64,000 nt of DNA, from NCBI GenBank assembly GCA_038230375.1, contig JBBRNJ010000001.1:1-64000 (forward strand), written 5' to 3'. The notes under the pieces are model-generated. The model worked only from the letters and a program-made list of their open reading frames with translations, ran no database searches and was not told the origin of the DNA. Shown here in pieces: positions 43,053-52,926 of this stretch. How positions within the stretch are numbered: position 1 is the first letter of the stretch; the number at the start of each line of letters is the position of its first letter. The stretch is from Polyangiales bacterium (GTDB taxonomy: Bacteria > Myxococcota_A > Polyangia > Polyangiales > Polyangiaceae). A program made the translations under genes and the position numbers.

Positions 43053-43465
43053 TCAGAGAGGAACTGTTCGCCTACCATTTCGGGGCGTGCGAGGACGCTG
43101 ATCGCGATCGGATCGATGAGCATCTCGTGTCGTGCTCGGATTGCCTCCGCTTCTATCTGGCGTTGAAGCGCCGTATCGAGTCCGGCGCGGGTGAGAAGCC
43201 ATCCAAGGAGACGCGCGAGCGCCTTCGCGAGAATGTGGGAAAGAAGTTCAAGCCGCGCACGACCAGGAAGCTGACGGCGATATTCCAGCGGCGCATCCCC
43301 CTCTATCAGGGCGTCTTCGCAGTCGCTGTTGCGGCGTGTGTCGCGCTCGCCGCACCGAGCGCAATGCGCATTGCGCAGTCGAGCAACAACGCCGCCGTCG
43401 ACTCCGGGCGGGAGCCGCGCATCGACACCGCACGTCACGACGCCCAGAGCCTCTCCATTTTCTGA
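43037..43465 (+). CDS. zf-HC2 anti-sigma factor with a TM helix
   Basis: HLVSCSDC (HxxxCxxC) motif and one TM helix. Overlaps the sigma gene. Confidence 0.85.
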   Translation: MDCVLIREELFAYHFGACEDADRDRIDEHLVSCSDCLRFYLALKRRIESGAGEKPSKETRERLRENVGKKFKPRTTRKLTAIFQRRIPLYQGVFAVAVAACVALAAPSAMRIAQSSNNAAVDSGREPRIDTARHDAQSLSIF

Positions 43466-43483
43466 GAACGAAGAGAACCGCAC

Positions 43484-44791
43484 ATGAACATCGACAAATC
43501 ACACGTGATCCTCGCGTTCCTGATCGCCACGGGCTGCAGCCAGGCGAACGAGACCTCCCCCGCGGGGACCAGCGACGTCGCAGCTGCCGGCGCTTCGACC
43601 GGCCTGGCGCCGATGGCCGTGGCGCTCGCGTCCCCGTCCTCGTCTTCGAGCAACCACGAATGGGAGGACGAGCAGGAGATCCCGTCGGAGAAGTTCACGA
43701 ACGGCGAGGCAGCGTTCGCGACCGTGCGAGCGCACCTCAAGGAGCAGTACTACGCCGAGGGGCTCACCGACGATGATCTCTATCGCGCGGCCACGGCCGG
43801 CATGCTCGAGCGACTCGACCCGCGCATGCGCAAATGGAACAAGCTGCTCTCGCCGCACGAGTTGGAGGAGATCAAGACGGATCTCAAGGGCGAGATCGTC
43901 GGCGTGGGGCTCCAGATCAACTTCGACCCGCAGACCGGCTACATCGCCGTCACGGGCTTGATTCACGGCTCTGCGGGCGAGCGCGCCGGCATCGTTCCGG
44001 GCGACACGATCGTTCGCGTGAACGACAAGCTGTACAAGGGCATGAAGGTGCGCGACGTGGTCGCCGACATCCGCGGCAAGGCGGGCGAGACCGTGTCGTT
44101 CTCCGTCCTCCACGACGGCAAGCTGGACACCGTGAAGGTGGTCCGCGAGCGGATCGCGTTCGACACGCCGGCGCATGCCGTGCTCCTGGGAAACGTCGGC
44201 TACGTGCGCATCCCCAGCTTCACGGAGCGGACGCACGACGCAGTGAAGGCGGCGCTCACCGAGCTCGCGGACAAGAAGGTGACAGGCCTGGTCCTCGACG
44301 TGCGGCAGAACCAGGGCGGCCTCTTCCAGGAGGCCGTGCATACCGCCGAGCTGTTCGTGCCCGCGGGCTCCGAGATCGTGTCCACGAAGAAGCGCAAGGA
44401 GGGCAAGGAAAAGATGCTGTCGAAGGGCACGCCGATCCTGGGCGACGTCCCCATTGTGGTGCTGGTCGACGCGAAGACCGCGTCCGGTGGCGAGCTCATC
44501 GGCGCGGCGCTCCGGGACACGCGTCGCGCGCGCATGGTCGGTATGCGCACCATGGGCAAAGGCAGCGTGCAGATGATCGACGATCTGCCGAACGGCTATT
44601 CCTACAAGTACACGCTGAGCCTGCTCTTCACGCCGAACGGTCAGACCTTCGACGGCGTGGGCCTCACGCCCGACATCGAGGTCGGGCTGGAAGACGTGCA
44701 GCGCGGCAAGGCCATGAGCGCACCGACGGAGGAGGCACGCCTGGCGATGGATGTGCAGCTCCGAACGGCGGCGGAGCTCGTGCGGCGCTGA
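43484..44791 (+). CDS. S41 (CtpA-like) peptidase with PDZ domain, lipoprotein
   Basis: IATGC lipobox, PDZ (GVGL...GD), VGYVRIPSF, LDVRQNQGG, TASGGE and MGKGSVQ motifs. Confidence 0.93.
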   Translation: MNIDKSHVILAFLIATGCSQANETSPAGTSDVAAAGASTGLAPMAVALASPSSSSSNHEWEDEQEIPSEKFTNGEAAFATVRAHLKEQYYAEGLTDDDLYRAATAGMLERLDPRMRKWNKLLSPHELEEIKTDLKGEIVGVGLQINFDPQTGYIAVTGLIHGSAGERAGIVPGDTIVRVNDKLYKGMKVRDVVADIRGKAGETVSFSVLHDGKLDTVKVVRERIAFDTPAHAVLLGNVGYVRIPSFTERTHDAVKAALTELADKKVTGLVLDVRQNQGGLFQEAVHTAELFVPAGSEIVSTKKRKEGKEKMLSKGTPILGDVPIVVLVDAKTASGGELIGAALRDTRRARMVGMRTMGKGSVQMIDDLPNGYSYKYTLSLLFTPNGQTFDGVGLTPDIEVGLEDVQRGKAMSAPTEEARLAMDVQLRTAAELVRR

Positions 44792-44812
44792 GCCTTGCGA
44801 TCCTGGGCTCGG

Positions 44813-45760
44813 TCACCAGCGTCGGTGCAAGAGGCCATCCGAGCCGTCTTCGCGGATGAAATAGAGGTCGTCGCCATCCACCCAGTAGTTGCTCACGTCA
44901 CCGCCGAGCAGCTCGGTCGGCGTGGCCCCCAGGTCGGGAGGCTTCACGAGCACGCGCACGCGCCCACCCTTCGCGGAGCGAAACACGATGCCGCGGGGCG
45001 TGAGCCACGGCCTGAGGAAGGCGCCCTGGTCGAGCAGCGTGGTGACGATCGCGCCGCCGTTGCGAGGCAGCTGCGCCACCGCGCCGTCCTGCTTGCCCTC
45101 CGTCCACGACGCCACGGCGATCTCGTCGCCGAGCACGCTGGCCTCGCAGCGGTCGATGCGCGCTGCCGCCACGAAGCCAACCGCCTGGCGTGCTTCCAGC
45201 TTCAGGATCTTGTCCTTCGTGACGATGATGAGCCCGCGCTCGTCCGCGGCAAGGCAGCGTGCATCCACCACGCTGTCGACCATCCAGGCGTCGTCTGTCG
45301 ACGCGGATACCGCCGCAAGGTGCCCGTCGTTGTCGATGAACCACGCATGGTCCCCCGACGCGACCAGCAGGCCCCTGTCGTCCGTGGTGGCCACGGGTCG
45401 CGGCGTGCCGCCCGCGAGCGGGACCGCGAAGATCCTTCCGGCGCCCACGACGGAACGCACACGGAAGAACACGTGCGTGCGTGAAGCGGCGATGCTCTTC
45501 ACGTCAGCCAGATCTGCGACCAAGATCGTGGGCGGTTGGCCCGGGGTCACGCGCACGATCTTCATGGGATCGATGGGCTGCTCCGGATGCGGCCGAGACG
45601 AATCGTCCACGACGACCACGAGCGTGTGGTCCGTCAATGCAGCGGCCCTCACGCGTCCGGCGACGGTCACGTCAGCTCGGGCCCATGGTCGGAGCCATGC
45701 AAGCGCCGCGACCGCGCCGGCAAGCACGACCGCGATCCCGACGCGTGCAGGCAATCTCAT
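44813..45760 (-). CDS. Membrane-anchored putative beta-propeller protein
   Basis: N-terminal TM helix, repeated beta units ending in VFF/AWF/LYF. Confidence 0.6.
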   Translation of the reverse strand: MRLPARVGIAVVLAGAVAALAWLRPWARADVTVAGRVRAAALTDHTLVVVVDDSSRPHPEQPIDPMKIVRVTPGQPPTILVADLADVKSIAASRTHVFFRVRSVVGAGRIFAVPLAGGTPRPVATTDDRGLLVASGDHAWFIDNDGHLAAVSASTDDAWMVDSVVDARCLAADERGLIIVTKDKILKLEARQAVGFVAAARIDRCEASVLGDEIAVASWTEGKQDGAVAQLPRNGGAIVTTLLDQGAFLRPWLTPRGIVFRSAKGGRVRVLVKPPDLGATPTELLGGDVSNYWVDGDDLYFIREDGSDGLLHRRW

Positions 45761-45770
45761 GCGCCCATCC

Positions 45771-46430
45771 CTAGACCAGGAGCCCCTTCAGCAGCGGCTC
45801 GAAGAGCGTGTCGAAGTATGTCTGCGCGATGGCGGCGTTCTTCACCTTGATGCGGCGGCGCTGGACGAGCTCCACGTAGCCATGCGCAAACACCCAGATC
45901 GTCAGGCCGATGTCGCGCTTGCGGCCAGGGCGGATGGCGCCGTCGAGCTGGCCCTTCTTGATCTCGGCGACGAGGATCGTCACGAGCTCCGTGATCGCCT
46001 CCTCGAGCGACGGAAAGCGGCCGTTCTCGTTCAGGCGTGGTCCAAACATCACGCCGTAGACGGCGGGACGGTCCATCGCGAACGCGACGTAGGCCTCCGC
46101 GAAGCCGCGCATCTTCGCCGCTGCGTCGTCGTTGGCGCGGGCGACATCACGAGAGAGCCGCGCTGCGAGATCGCGGAAGCCCGACTCGGCGATCGCCGCG
46201 AGGAGCGCGGTCTTGTCCTCGAAGTGACGGTAGGCCGCTGCATGGGTGACGCCAACGGCGGCCGCGACCTCTCTCAGCGTGAGCCCCTCCGCGCCCTTCG
46301 CTTCCAGCAACGGCACCGCGGCGACCACGAGCGCGCGCTTCAGATCGCCGTGGTGGTACGAGAGCTTCTTCTGCGGACGCGGGGTCACCACCTGGGCCTC
46401 CACGATGGACGCGTGGAGGCCGGGTGTCAA
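45771..46430 (-). CDS. TetR/AcrR family regulator
   Basis: YHHGDLKRAL...LTLREVAAAVGVTHAAAYRHF. The true start may be a downstream GTG. Confidence 0.93.
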   Translation of the reverse strand: MTPGLHASIVEAQVVTPRPQKKLSYHHGDLKRALVVAAVPLLEAKGAEGLTLREVAAAVGVTHAAAYRHFEDKTALLAAIAESGFRDLAARLSRDVARANDDAAAKMRGFAEAYVAFAMDRPAVYGVMFGPRLNENGRFPSLEEAITELVTILVAEIKKGQLDGAIRPGRKRDIGLTIWVFAHGYVELVQRRRIKVKNAAIAQTYFDTLFEPLLKGLLV

Positions 46431-46446
46431 ACGCCGTCACGGCCCG

Positions 46447-47403
46447 TCACGCGTCCAGGAACTCCAAGGCCTCGCGCCAGAAGGTGCTCTCGAACCGATC
46501 GCGGAAGAAGCCAAAGTGACCCACGGATGCCTCGCGCTTCTTCACCTGTCGCCGCGTGACCTCCGCGTTCTCGTAGAAGGACATCAGCGCGGTCACGGCA
46601 GCCTCGGGCGCGTACGGATCGTCATCGAACCCGAACGCAAGAATGCTCGCGCGGAGCCGCGCATACGCCTCTCTTCGCGACGAGCCTCCTGCGCCCACGA
46701 CATAGTCGCGCGTCCGGCACCAGTGGGCCCACTCGAGCGCGACGCCCGGTGGCAGGTCCTCGCCAATGCCCAGCGCGCCTGGCAGGTAGCCGACCGTCTT
46801 CGTGATGCCCGGGATGAGCCCGTACATCAGGAGCGCCATGCGCCATCGCTCCGGCGCGGGCCAGAGCCGCACCTCGCCGCTCTGCGAGCCAACGGTCACC
46901 ACACGTCGCACGTGCTCGGGCTGTGAGAGGAGGCCCAGCAGCTGCCCGCCAACGCTGTGGCCGACGACGTTCACCTGCGTGACGCCGAAGGTGCCGCGCG
47001 CCCACGCCACCGCGCCCGAGAGATCCAGCTCGCCCCAGTCGTGCATCGCGGCGTTCGACTCCCTTGCGCTCCCCGAGCGTGACTCGCCGATGCCGCGGTA
47101 GTCGAGCGTGACCGCCGCATGTCCGTGTCGCGCAAGGTACGTCGCGAACTTGGCGTAGTAACCGCGCGTGACGCCGGTGGCAGAGGCGAGCACAGTCACC
47201 TTGGTCGGCGGCGCCGTCAGCTCCGGCCACAGGAAGACGGAGCCAGCAAGGAGCTCCCCGTCGAGCGCCGGGATCGTCACGGCGTGCTCCGTGCGAGCGT
47301 CCAGCTCGAGCTTGTCACCCTCCGCCTTGCGCTCCGGCAGCTCGAGGCGAGGCCGGCTCTCGCGGTCGAAGAGGTAGGAATCGAGGTCGCGCTGGTCGTC
47401 CAT
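46447..47403 (-). CDS. Alpha/beta-fold hydrolase
   Basis: DYRGIGES, nucleophile GHSVGG, DDPYAP and GHFGFF motifs. GGAGG RBS before ATG 47403. Confidence 0.92.
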   Translation of the reverse strand: MDDQRDLDSYLFDRESRPRLELPERKAEGDKLELDARTEHAVTIPALDGELLAGSVFLWPELTAPPTKVTVLASATGVTRGYYAKFATYLARHGHAAVTLDYRGIGESRSGSARESNAAMHDWGELDLSGAVAWARGTFGVTQVNVVGHSVGGQLLGLLSQPEHVRRVVTVGSQSGEVRLWPAPERWRMALLMYGLIPGITKTVGYLPGALGIGEDLPPGVALEWAHWCRTRDYVVGAGGSSRREAYARLRASILAFGFDDDPYAPEAAVTALMSFYENAEVTRRQVKKREASVGHFGFFRDRFESTFWREALEFLDA

Positions 47404-47413
47404 GTGAGCCTCC

Positions 47414-47497
47414 ATGTTTCCGTTGGTTACATTGAGAGCCGGAAAAAGAGGCACGAACCTACGTGCCTCATCCCGGCAATGTTTCCACTGGTTACTT
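47414..47497. promoter_or_regulatory. Two copies of an imperfect 19-bp palindrome (candidate TetR operators) flanking a hairpin
   Basis: ATGTTTCCGTTGGTTACAT (47414-47432) and ATGTTTCCACTGGTTACTT (47479-47497), with GAGGCACG-N6-CGTGCCTC between them. Confidence 0.65.
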
Positions 47498-47615
47498 TGG
47501 ACCCGGATTCGACAGACGTCAAGTGGACTTCGACTTCGACAAGGGCCTCGACCTTCCGCCTCGACCTCGGCGGATGTTCGTTTGCTTGTCGGGCCCCCAT
47601 AGTATCTTGTCGCCC

Positions 47616-49724
47616 ATGACGAGGTCGCTCTTCGCTGCTCTCATTTCCGTTGCGTCCTTTGCTGCGCTCAACGCGTGTGGCTCCCCGAATGACGGAGCGG
47701 TGCCGGCACCGGTGATGCCCCCGCCCAAGCCGCCCGCGAGCGAGGAACCCGCACCGGCACCCACGCCGCCGGTGCTGGCCGGGCGCACCACGAAGAAGAG
47801 CATCATCATCCAGTCGCGCCCATCCGGTGACAGCGTGCTCCGCTACGGCGCGGACGGCGTCGTGGAGAACCACTACGAGGAGCACGAGAACGGGCGCGGC
47901 CCCGAGGTGAACGCGAAGATTCGCTTCGCGGCGGACGGCACGCTCGCGTCATTCGATGCGACCGGTCACGAGACCATGGGCACAGCGATCGACGAACACT
48001 TCACGCTCACCGGCAAGCACGCGAAGTGGAAGAGCACCGCGGAGTCCGGCGAGAAGGACGTGGACGGCCCCGTGTTCTACGTGCCGCTGGCGCCCACGAT
48101 CGAGAGCCTGGGCTGGCTCGCACGCGCGCTCAAGAACAACGGCGGCAAGATCGCGCTCCTCCCCGAGGGCGAGGCGCGCATGGAGCGCACGGGCGACTGG
48201 CAGCTCCAGAAGCAAGACGGCGATCCGAAGGTGCACGTGATCACGGGCTACGCGATCTACGGCATCAGCTTCGAGCCCACGCGCGTGTGGATGGATGAGA
48301 AGGACGAGCTCTTCGGCTACGTGGATGCCTGGTACTCCGTCGTCACGTCAAACGCCGTGAACGAGATGCCCGCCCTGCTGAACATCCAGAAGGGGCTGGA
48401 CGCCGCCCGCGACCAGGACATCCAGAAGCGCCTCGCACACAAGCCGCCGCCGGAAGGGCTTGCGATCCAGCATGCGCGGGTCCTCGACGTGGTGAAGGGC
48501 AAATGGATCGAGGACGCGACCGTGGTCGTGAAGGGCGACAAGATCGTCGCCGTGGGTCCTTCGAAGAAGACGCCAGCACCGAAGGGCGCGGAGCTCGTGG
48601 ACGCGCAGGGCAAGTCGCTGATCCCCGGCATGTGGGACATGCACTCGCACCTTGGTCCGTCGGACGGCGTGCTCGATCTCGCCGCGGGTGTCACGACCGC
48701 GCGTGACGTCGGCAACGATCCGGATCGCCTGGACGCGTACAAGGAAGCGTGGGACTCGGGCCGCACCGCGGGACCACATGTCGTTCGCGCAGGCTTCATC
48801 GAGGGGCGGGGCGAGAAGGCCGCGGGCGCGAAGGTCACCGCCGAGACCGAGGATGAAGCAAAGGCAGCCGTAGCCTTCTACAAGAAGCGCGGGTACGAGC
48901 AGATCAAGATCTACAACTCCATGAAGCCGGAGCTGGTGCCGGTGCTCGCACAGGCAGCGCACGAGGCAGGCATGCGCGTGTCGGGTCACATCCCGGTGCA
49001 CATGCGCGCGGAGGAGGCCGTGCGCGCGGGCTACGACGAGGTGAACCACATCAACATGCTGTTCTTGAACTTCTTCATCGACAAGGACACGGACACCCGT
49101 ACGCCGCTTCGCTTCACCATCGTCGCAGACCGCGCGCCAGAGCTCGATCTCACGGGCAAGCCGGCAAAGGACTTCTTCAAGCTGCTGAAGGACAAGAAGA
49201 CCACCGTGGATCCCACGCTGGTCGTGTTCGAGGGCCTCTTCGTGGATCGCGTGGGCGAGTACGGTCCCGGCATCAAGCCAGTGGCCACGCGCCTGCCCGT
49301 GCAGATCCGCCGTCAGTTCCTGCGCGGCGGGCTGCCCGTCCCCGAGGGAAAGGATGCAAGATACAAGGAATCCTTCCAGGCGATGCTCAAGATGGTGAAG
49401 GCGCTCAAGGACAACGGCACCCCGATCGCGGCAGGCACCGACAGCCTCGCGGGCTTCTTCCTTCATCGCGAGCTGGAGCTCTACGTGGCCGCGGGCCTCA
49501 CGCCTGCCGAGGCGATCGCAACCGCGACCATCGGCCCCGCGCGCATCATGAAGAAGGACAAGACGACGGGCTCGATCGCCGTGGGAATGGACGCGGACAT
49601 GGCGCTGATCGACGGTGACCCGCTCGTCCGCATCGACAACATCCGCAAGGTCGTGAGGACCATCAAGAGCGGAGTGGTCTACAAGTCGAGCGACCTCTAC
49701 AAGGAGGTCGGAGTCACGCCGTGA
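47616..49724 (+). CDS. Amidohydrolase family lipoprotein
   Basis: LNAC lipobox, PGMWDMHSH, GVTTARD, QIKIY, AGTD and GSIAVGMDADM motifs. Confidence 0.92.
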   Translation: MTRSLFAALISVASFAALNACGSPNDGAVPAPVMPPPKPPASEEPAPAPTPPVLAGRTTKKSIIIQSRPSGDSVLRYGADGVVENHYEEHENGRGPEVNAKIRFAADGTLASFDATGHETMGTAIDEHFTLTGKHAKWKSTAESGEKDVDGPVFYVPLAPTIESLGWLARALKNNGGKIALLPEGEARMERTGDWQLQKQDGDPKVHVITGYAIYGISFEPTRVWMDEKDELFGYVDAWYSVVTSNAVNEMPALLNIQKGLDAARDQDIQKRLAHKPPPEGLAIQHARVLDVVKGKWIEDATVVVKGDKIVAVGPSKKTPAPKGAELVDAQGKSLIPGMWDMHSHLGPSDGVLDLAAGVTTARDVGNDPDRLDAYKEAWDSGRTAGPHVVRAGFIEGRGEKAAGAKVTAETEDEAKAAVAFYKKRGYEQIKIYNSMKPELVPVLAQAAHEAGMRVSGHIPVHMRAEEAVRAGYDEVNHINMLFLNFFIDKDTDTRTPLRFTIVADRAPELDLTGKPAKDFFKLLKDKKTTVDPTLVVFEGLFVDRVGEYGPGIKPVATRLPVQIRRQFLRGGLPVPEGKDARYKESFQAMLKMVKALKDNGTPIAAGTDSLAGFFLHRELELYVAAGLTPAEAIATATIGPARIMKKDKTTGSIAVGMDADMALIDGDPLVRIDNIRKVVRTIKSGVVYKSSDLYKEVGVTP

Positions 49725-49730
49725 GGGATC

Positions 49731-51077
49731 TCAGCGCGCGCAGCGGCCGCCCACTGCCAGATACTTGTTGGCTGCCGTGTACGTCCTGAAACCGCCCACG
49801 GGGTGCTGGTTCGGGATCCCGTGGTTGTCGAACGCGCCTGTGCGCGCCAGGCCTGCCGCCATCACGGAAGGGTCCACGCCGACCTGCGGCGTCGTTGGCA
49901 TCGCGATGTTGTAGACGTCGCCCGCGAGGTCCGCGTGGCCGAACGGGCCGTTGCCCTTCGGGAAGCGACCAGGCGGCGCGAGGTAGATCGAGTAGTCGCA
50001 CTTGGCCGGGTCGTCGCCGATGCACGAGAGCGTGTCCGGCAGCCAGAAGTTGTACTTGTAGTTTGCAACTGTCTGGTCCACGCCGCCGTCGGGCGCGGGC
50101 TTGCCGAAGGCGATCGCGTGCGCCATGGTGTCGAACGGGTAGTCCCAGCCGCCGGGCGCGGGCGTGTTGCCCCACGGATAGAGGTAGCTTGCAGGCGTGC
50201 CCTTGTCCCACGCGTAGTCCAGCTCGTCGAGCGTGGGGACGCGCCCACCGTCCCAGATGCAGAACGCAGCGATCATGTAGAACGTCGCGCACTGCATGGG
50301 CTTCTGATCGAGCGCGTCCTGCGCGTACTGCTGCGTGTCCGCGAAGAGGTTCGTGTTCACCGCGTCCGGCAAGCGGAACGTGCGGGCATTGCCGACCTCG
50401 CTCGTGAGGCAGCCCTCGTTGCCAGGACCCTCGGTGCCGTAGTGGATGGGGCCGAGCTGCTGGTAGACACCGTCCAGGCCCGCGCCAGCTGCATACTGGT
50501 GTGGAGCGGCCAGCGTGGTCGTGCCGTCGTCCATCTTGTTCGGCAGCCACGCTTCCCAGGTGGGATCGAACCACGCTGGGCGGTTCGCGTGCACGTAGCC
50601 GCGCACGTCGCCGCCGGTCTTGTCGATGAACACGCGGAAGCGACCGGCGGTCACGCTGTACTTGTCGAGCGTGAAGGCTGCCTTGGGCTTGGGCACCGGG
50701 ATCGCCGTGCAGCAGCTCTCCATGCCGTTCGCTCCGCAGGTGCGACCGCCGTTCGCTTGGGTGCAGCTGCGGCCCGCCGCGCAGTGCATCGTGTCGTCGC
50801 AGCCGTTGCTCCGGCACTGCGCGTCCGTCGAGCACGCCGCCCCCGCGGGAAGCAGGGTCGAGCCGGAGTCACCGCCGTCGCTCGCGCTGCCGCCGCCGTC
50901 GTCGCTGCCGCTCGCACCATCCTTGCCGGTCACGCCGCCGCCGTCGCTCGTGCCGCCGCCGCCGTCGCTGCCGCCGTCACCGCCGACCGCACCGCCACCG
51001 TTGCTACCGCCGCATGCGATCGCGAGCACACCGAGCGAGAGACCAAGACCAAGACCACCAAGCAGCAAGCTTCTCAT
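49731..51077 (-). CDS. Lipoprotein with an FGE-sulfatase (SUMF1/EgtB-like) domain
   Basis: LAIAC lipobox, FTLDKYSVTAGRF, AFCIWDGGRVPT, YPWG, DLAGDV and GGRCAR motifs. Confidence 0.85.
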   Translation of the reverse strand: MRSLLLGGLGLGLSLGVLAIACGGSNGGGAVGGDGGSDGGGGTSDGGGVTGKDGASGSDDGGGSASDGGDSGSTLLPAGAACSTDAQCRSNGCDDTMHCAAGRSCTQANGGRTCGANGMESCCTAIPVPKPKAAFTLDKYSVTAGRFRVFIDKTGGDVRGYVHANRPAWFDPTWEAWLPNKMDDGTTTLAAPHQYAAGAGLDGVYQQLGPIHYGTEGPGNEGCLTSEVGNARTFRLPDAVNTNLFADTQQYAQDALDQKPMQCATFYMIAAFCIWDGGRVPTLDELDYAWDKGTPASYLYPWGNTPAPGGWDYPFDTMAHAIAFGKPAPDGGVDQTVANYKYNFWLPDTLSCIGDDPAKCDYSIYLAPPGRFPKGNGPFGHADLAGDVYNIAMPTTPQVGVDPSVMAAGLARTGAFDNHGIPNQHPVGGFRTYTAANKYLAVGGRCAR

Positions 51078-51211
51078 GGGTGAAGAGCGCCTCCGAAGCA
51101 CATGACGTGCAACCTGCATGACATCGCAAGACGGCGACATTGTCCGAGGAATCGCACCAGGAGCCCGGACAAAACGGGGGTCACCCCCTGAACCTCCAGA
51201 CGTCCAGGGGA

Positions 51212-52042
51212 CTAGCTGCACCCCTGACAGGTGCATGCACCTTGCATCTTGCAGACGGCGTCGCAGGTTGCCTTGTCGGGCTCGGCGGCGCTGCCCGTTG
51301 GCGCGCCGTAGACGTCCGCGCACTGCGTGCTGGTCTTGCAGTCCCACACGAGCTTGCAGTTGTTCGCGGGAGGACCTCCGCCGCCGTTTCCCTGCGTCCC
51401 GGTGCACACTCCGGTCGGAGGCAAACACTTGCGACCGGACCCATTGGCGTTCGTGGGATCGCTCGCGCAGCACGAGCCGAGAGGGCAGGAATAACAGAAC
51501 CCCCCGGTGACGCCGCAGCCAACGCCCGGCTGAGGCAGGCATGTCTTGCCACCAGCGGTGTCGTCCGCAGCGGCAGGACAATCCGCGTTGGAGGAGCCCG
51601 GGGTACAACAAGCTTGGCCGATTGGAACGCACGATGGACCGGTGCAGTGATGCGTCCCCTCGGGGCAATCGAAGCTGCCTTCCGGTTTGGCGGATGGAGC
51701 GTTCGTGCAACAGAAGGCCGACGGTGGTCTGTCCGAAAGTGTTCCGCTCGGTGCCGGCGCAATGCACGCATGGGTGGGGTTGGGCTGACATCCGCCACCG
51801 GCGCTGTTGGTGCAGTAGTTTGACGTTTGTCGAGTGCCGTCGTCACAGCACGCAGCGTTGAGCGGCATGCAACCGTTGCCGCACGGATACGTCGTCTTCG
51901 GACATCGCCCCACCAGACCAACGTCCGGGTCGGTCGTCGTGGGGACAGGAGCGGGGAGGAGCGACGAGCACGCCGCCGAGAGCGGAAGCACCAAGAACGC
52001 GGTCGCCGTGACGGCTCCGCAGATCCCCCAACGCTGCCCCAT
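51212..52042 (-). CDS. Cys-rich putative lipoprotein
   Basis: LSAAC lipobox, more than 25 Cys including repeated CC pairs. Confidence 0.7.
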   Translation of the reverse strand: MGQRWGICGAVTATAFLVLPLSAACSSLLPAPVPTTTDPDVGLVGRCPKTTYPCGNGCMPLNAACCDDGTRQTSNYCTNSAGGGCQPNPTHACIAPAPSGTLSDRPPSAFCCTNAPSAKPEGSFDCPEGTHHCTGPSCVPIGQACCTPGSSNADCPAAADDTAGGKTCLPQPGVGCGVTGGFCYSCPLGSCCASDPTNANGSGRKCLPPTGVCTGTQGNGGGGPPANNCKLVWDCKTSTQCADVYGAPTGSAAEPDKATCDAVCKMQGACTCQGCS

Positions 52043-52217
52043 CCCCCATCGTACCGTCCATGAACGGCGCGGCAACGACCATGTGCAATGCGTTGACTCG
52101 CGACGCGTTCGTCACGGTTGTGCCAGTGGCACACCTCACCGAATGGCTTGTTTTGCGGCGGACCGTGCGTTTCGTTGGTCTCTCCGACATGGCGCGCTCG
52201 TTGCGTTGATGTGGGCC

Positions 52218-52925
52218 ATGAGGACGCTCGGCTGGACACTTGGTTTCGCGCTCGTGACGTTGGCCGTGGCCTGCGGTGGCAAGACCGCTGGTGACATCAT
52301 CGGAGGCGGTGGCGGCGGCGGAGCAGGGAACGATGGCGGCGTGAGCGGTTCGGACGGTGGTGGCGGTGGTGGCGACAGTGACGGCGGTAACACGCACGCT
52401 CCGCCGGAGAAGCATCGCGCGGTCGCGGTCGCCTGTGGCGCCAGCAAGGTGCCGCCCGAGCCGAACGTGGACAAGAACAACTTCGCGCCCAACGCCACCT
52501 TCGAGTGCAAGACCAACGAGGAGTGCACGAAGCAGAAGGGTGGGCGCTGCGCGATCATGGAGTGCGGAGGCTTCGGCGGCCCCGCGTGCCAGCCGCAAGG
52601 CACGCGCTGCGACTACGACGCGTGCTCGAGCGATCTCGACTGCACCAACGGCGCCATCTGCGACTGCGGCACCGGCGAAGGCAGCACCAACCGCTGCGTG
52701 AAGAGCGACTGCCGCACGGACGCTGAGTGCGGCTCCGGTGGCTACTGCTCGCCGAGCATCGCAACGTGCAGCGCCCAGATCGAGGGCTACTACTGTCACG
52801 CGACCTCCGACACCTGCGCGAGCGACAGCGACTGCACGGAAAACTTCGGCGGCATGTGCCAGTACACCGGCAATCACTTCGAGTGCGGCGGTGGCGTGTG
52901 CGCGGCGGCTGCCGGCGCGATGTGA
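52218..52925 (+). CDS. Cys-rich putative lipoprotein
   Basis: LAVAC lipobox, Gly/DGG linker, repeated C-x-[ST]-[DN]-x-[DE]-C units. Confidence 0.8.
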   Translation: MRTLGWTLGFALVTLAVACGGKTAGDIIGGGGGGGAGNDGGVSGSDGGGGGGDSDGGNTHAPPEKHRAVAVACGASKVPPEPNVDKNNFAPNATFECKTNEECTKQKGGRCAIMECGGFGGPACQPQGTRCDYDACSSDLDCTNGAICDCGTGEGSTNRCVKSDCRTDAECGSGGYCSPSIATCSAQIEGYYCHATSDTCASDSDCTENFGGMCQYTGNHFECGGGVCAAAAGAM

Positions 52926-52926
52926 G

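Noticed and set aside
49731..51077. FGE-fold gene as a diversity-generating retroelement target
   Set aside because: No reverse transcriptase and no template/variable repeat pair is visible in the window.
49731..51791. 686-aa version of the FGE-like protein, and other 5'-extended ORF-track starts (8297-9295, 18224, 33188, 47463, 53128, 60116-61921)
   Set aside because: The extensions overlap other genes or intergenic repeats. Signal peptides and motifs indicate the shorter starts.
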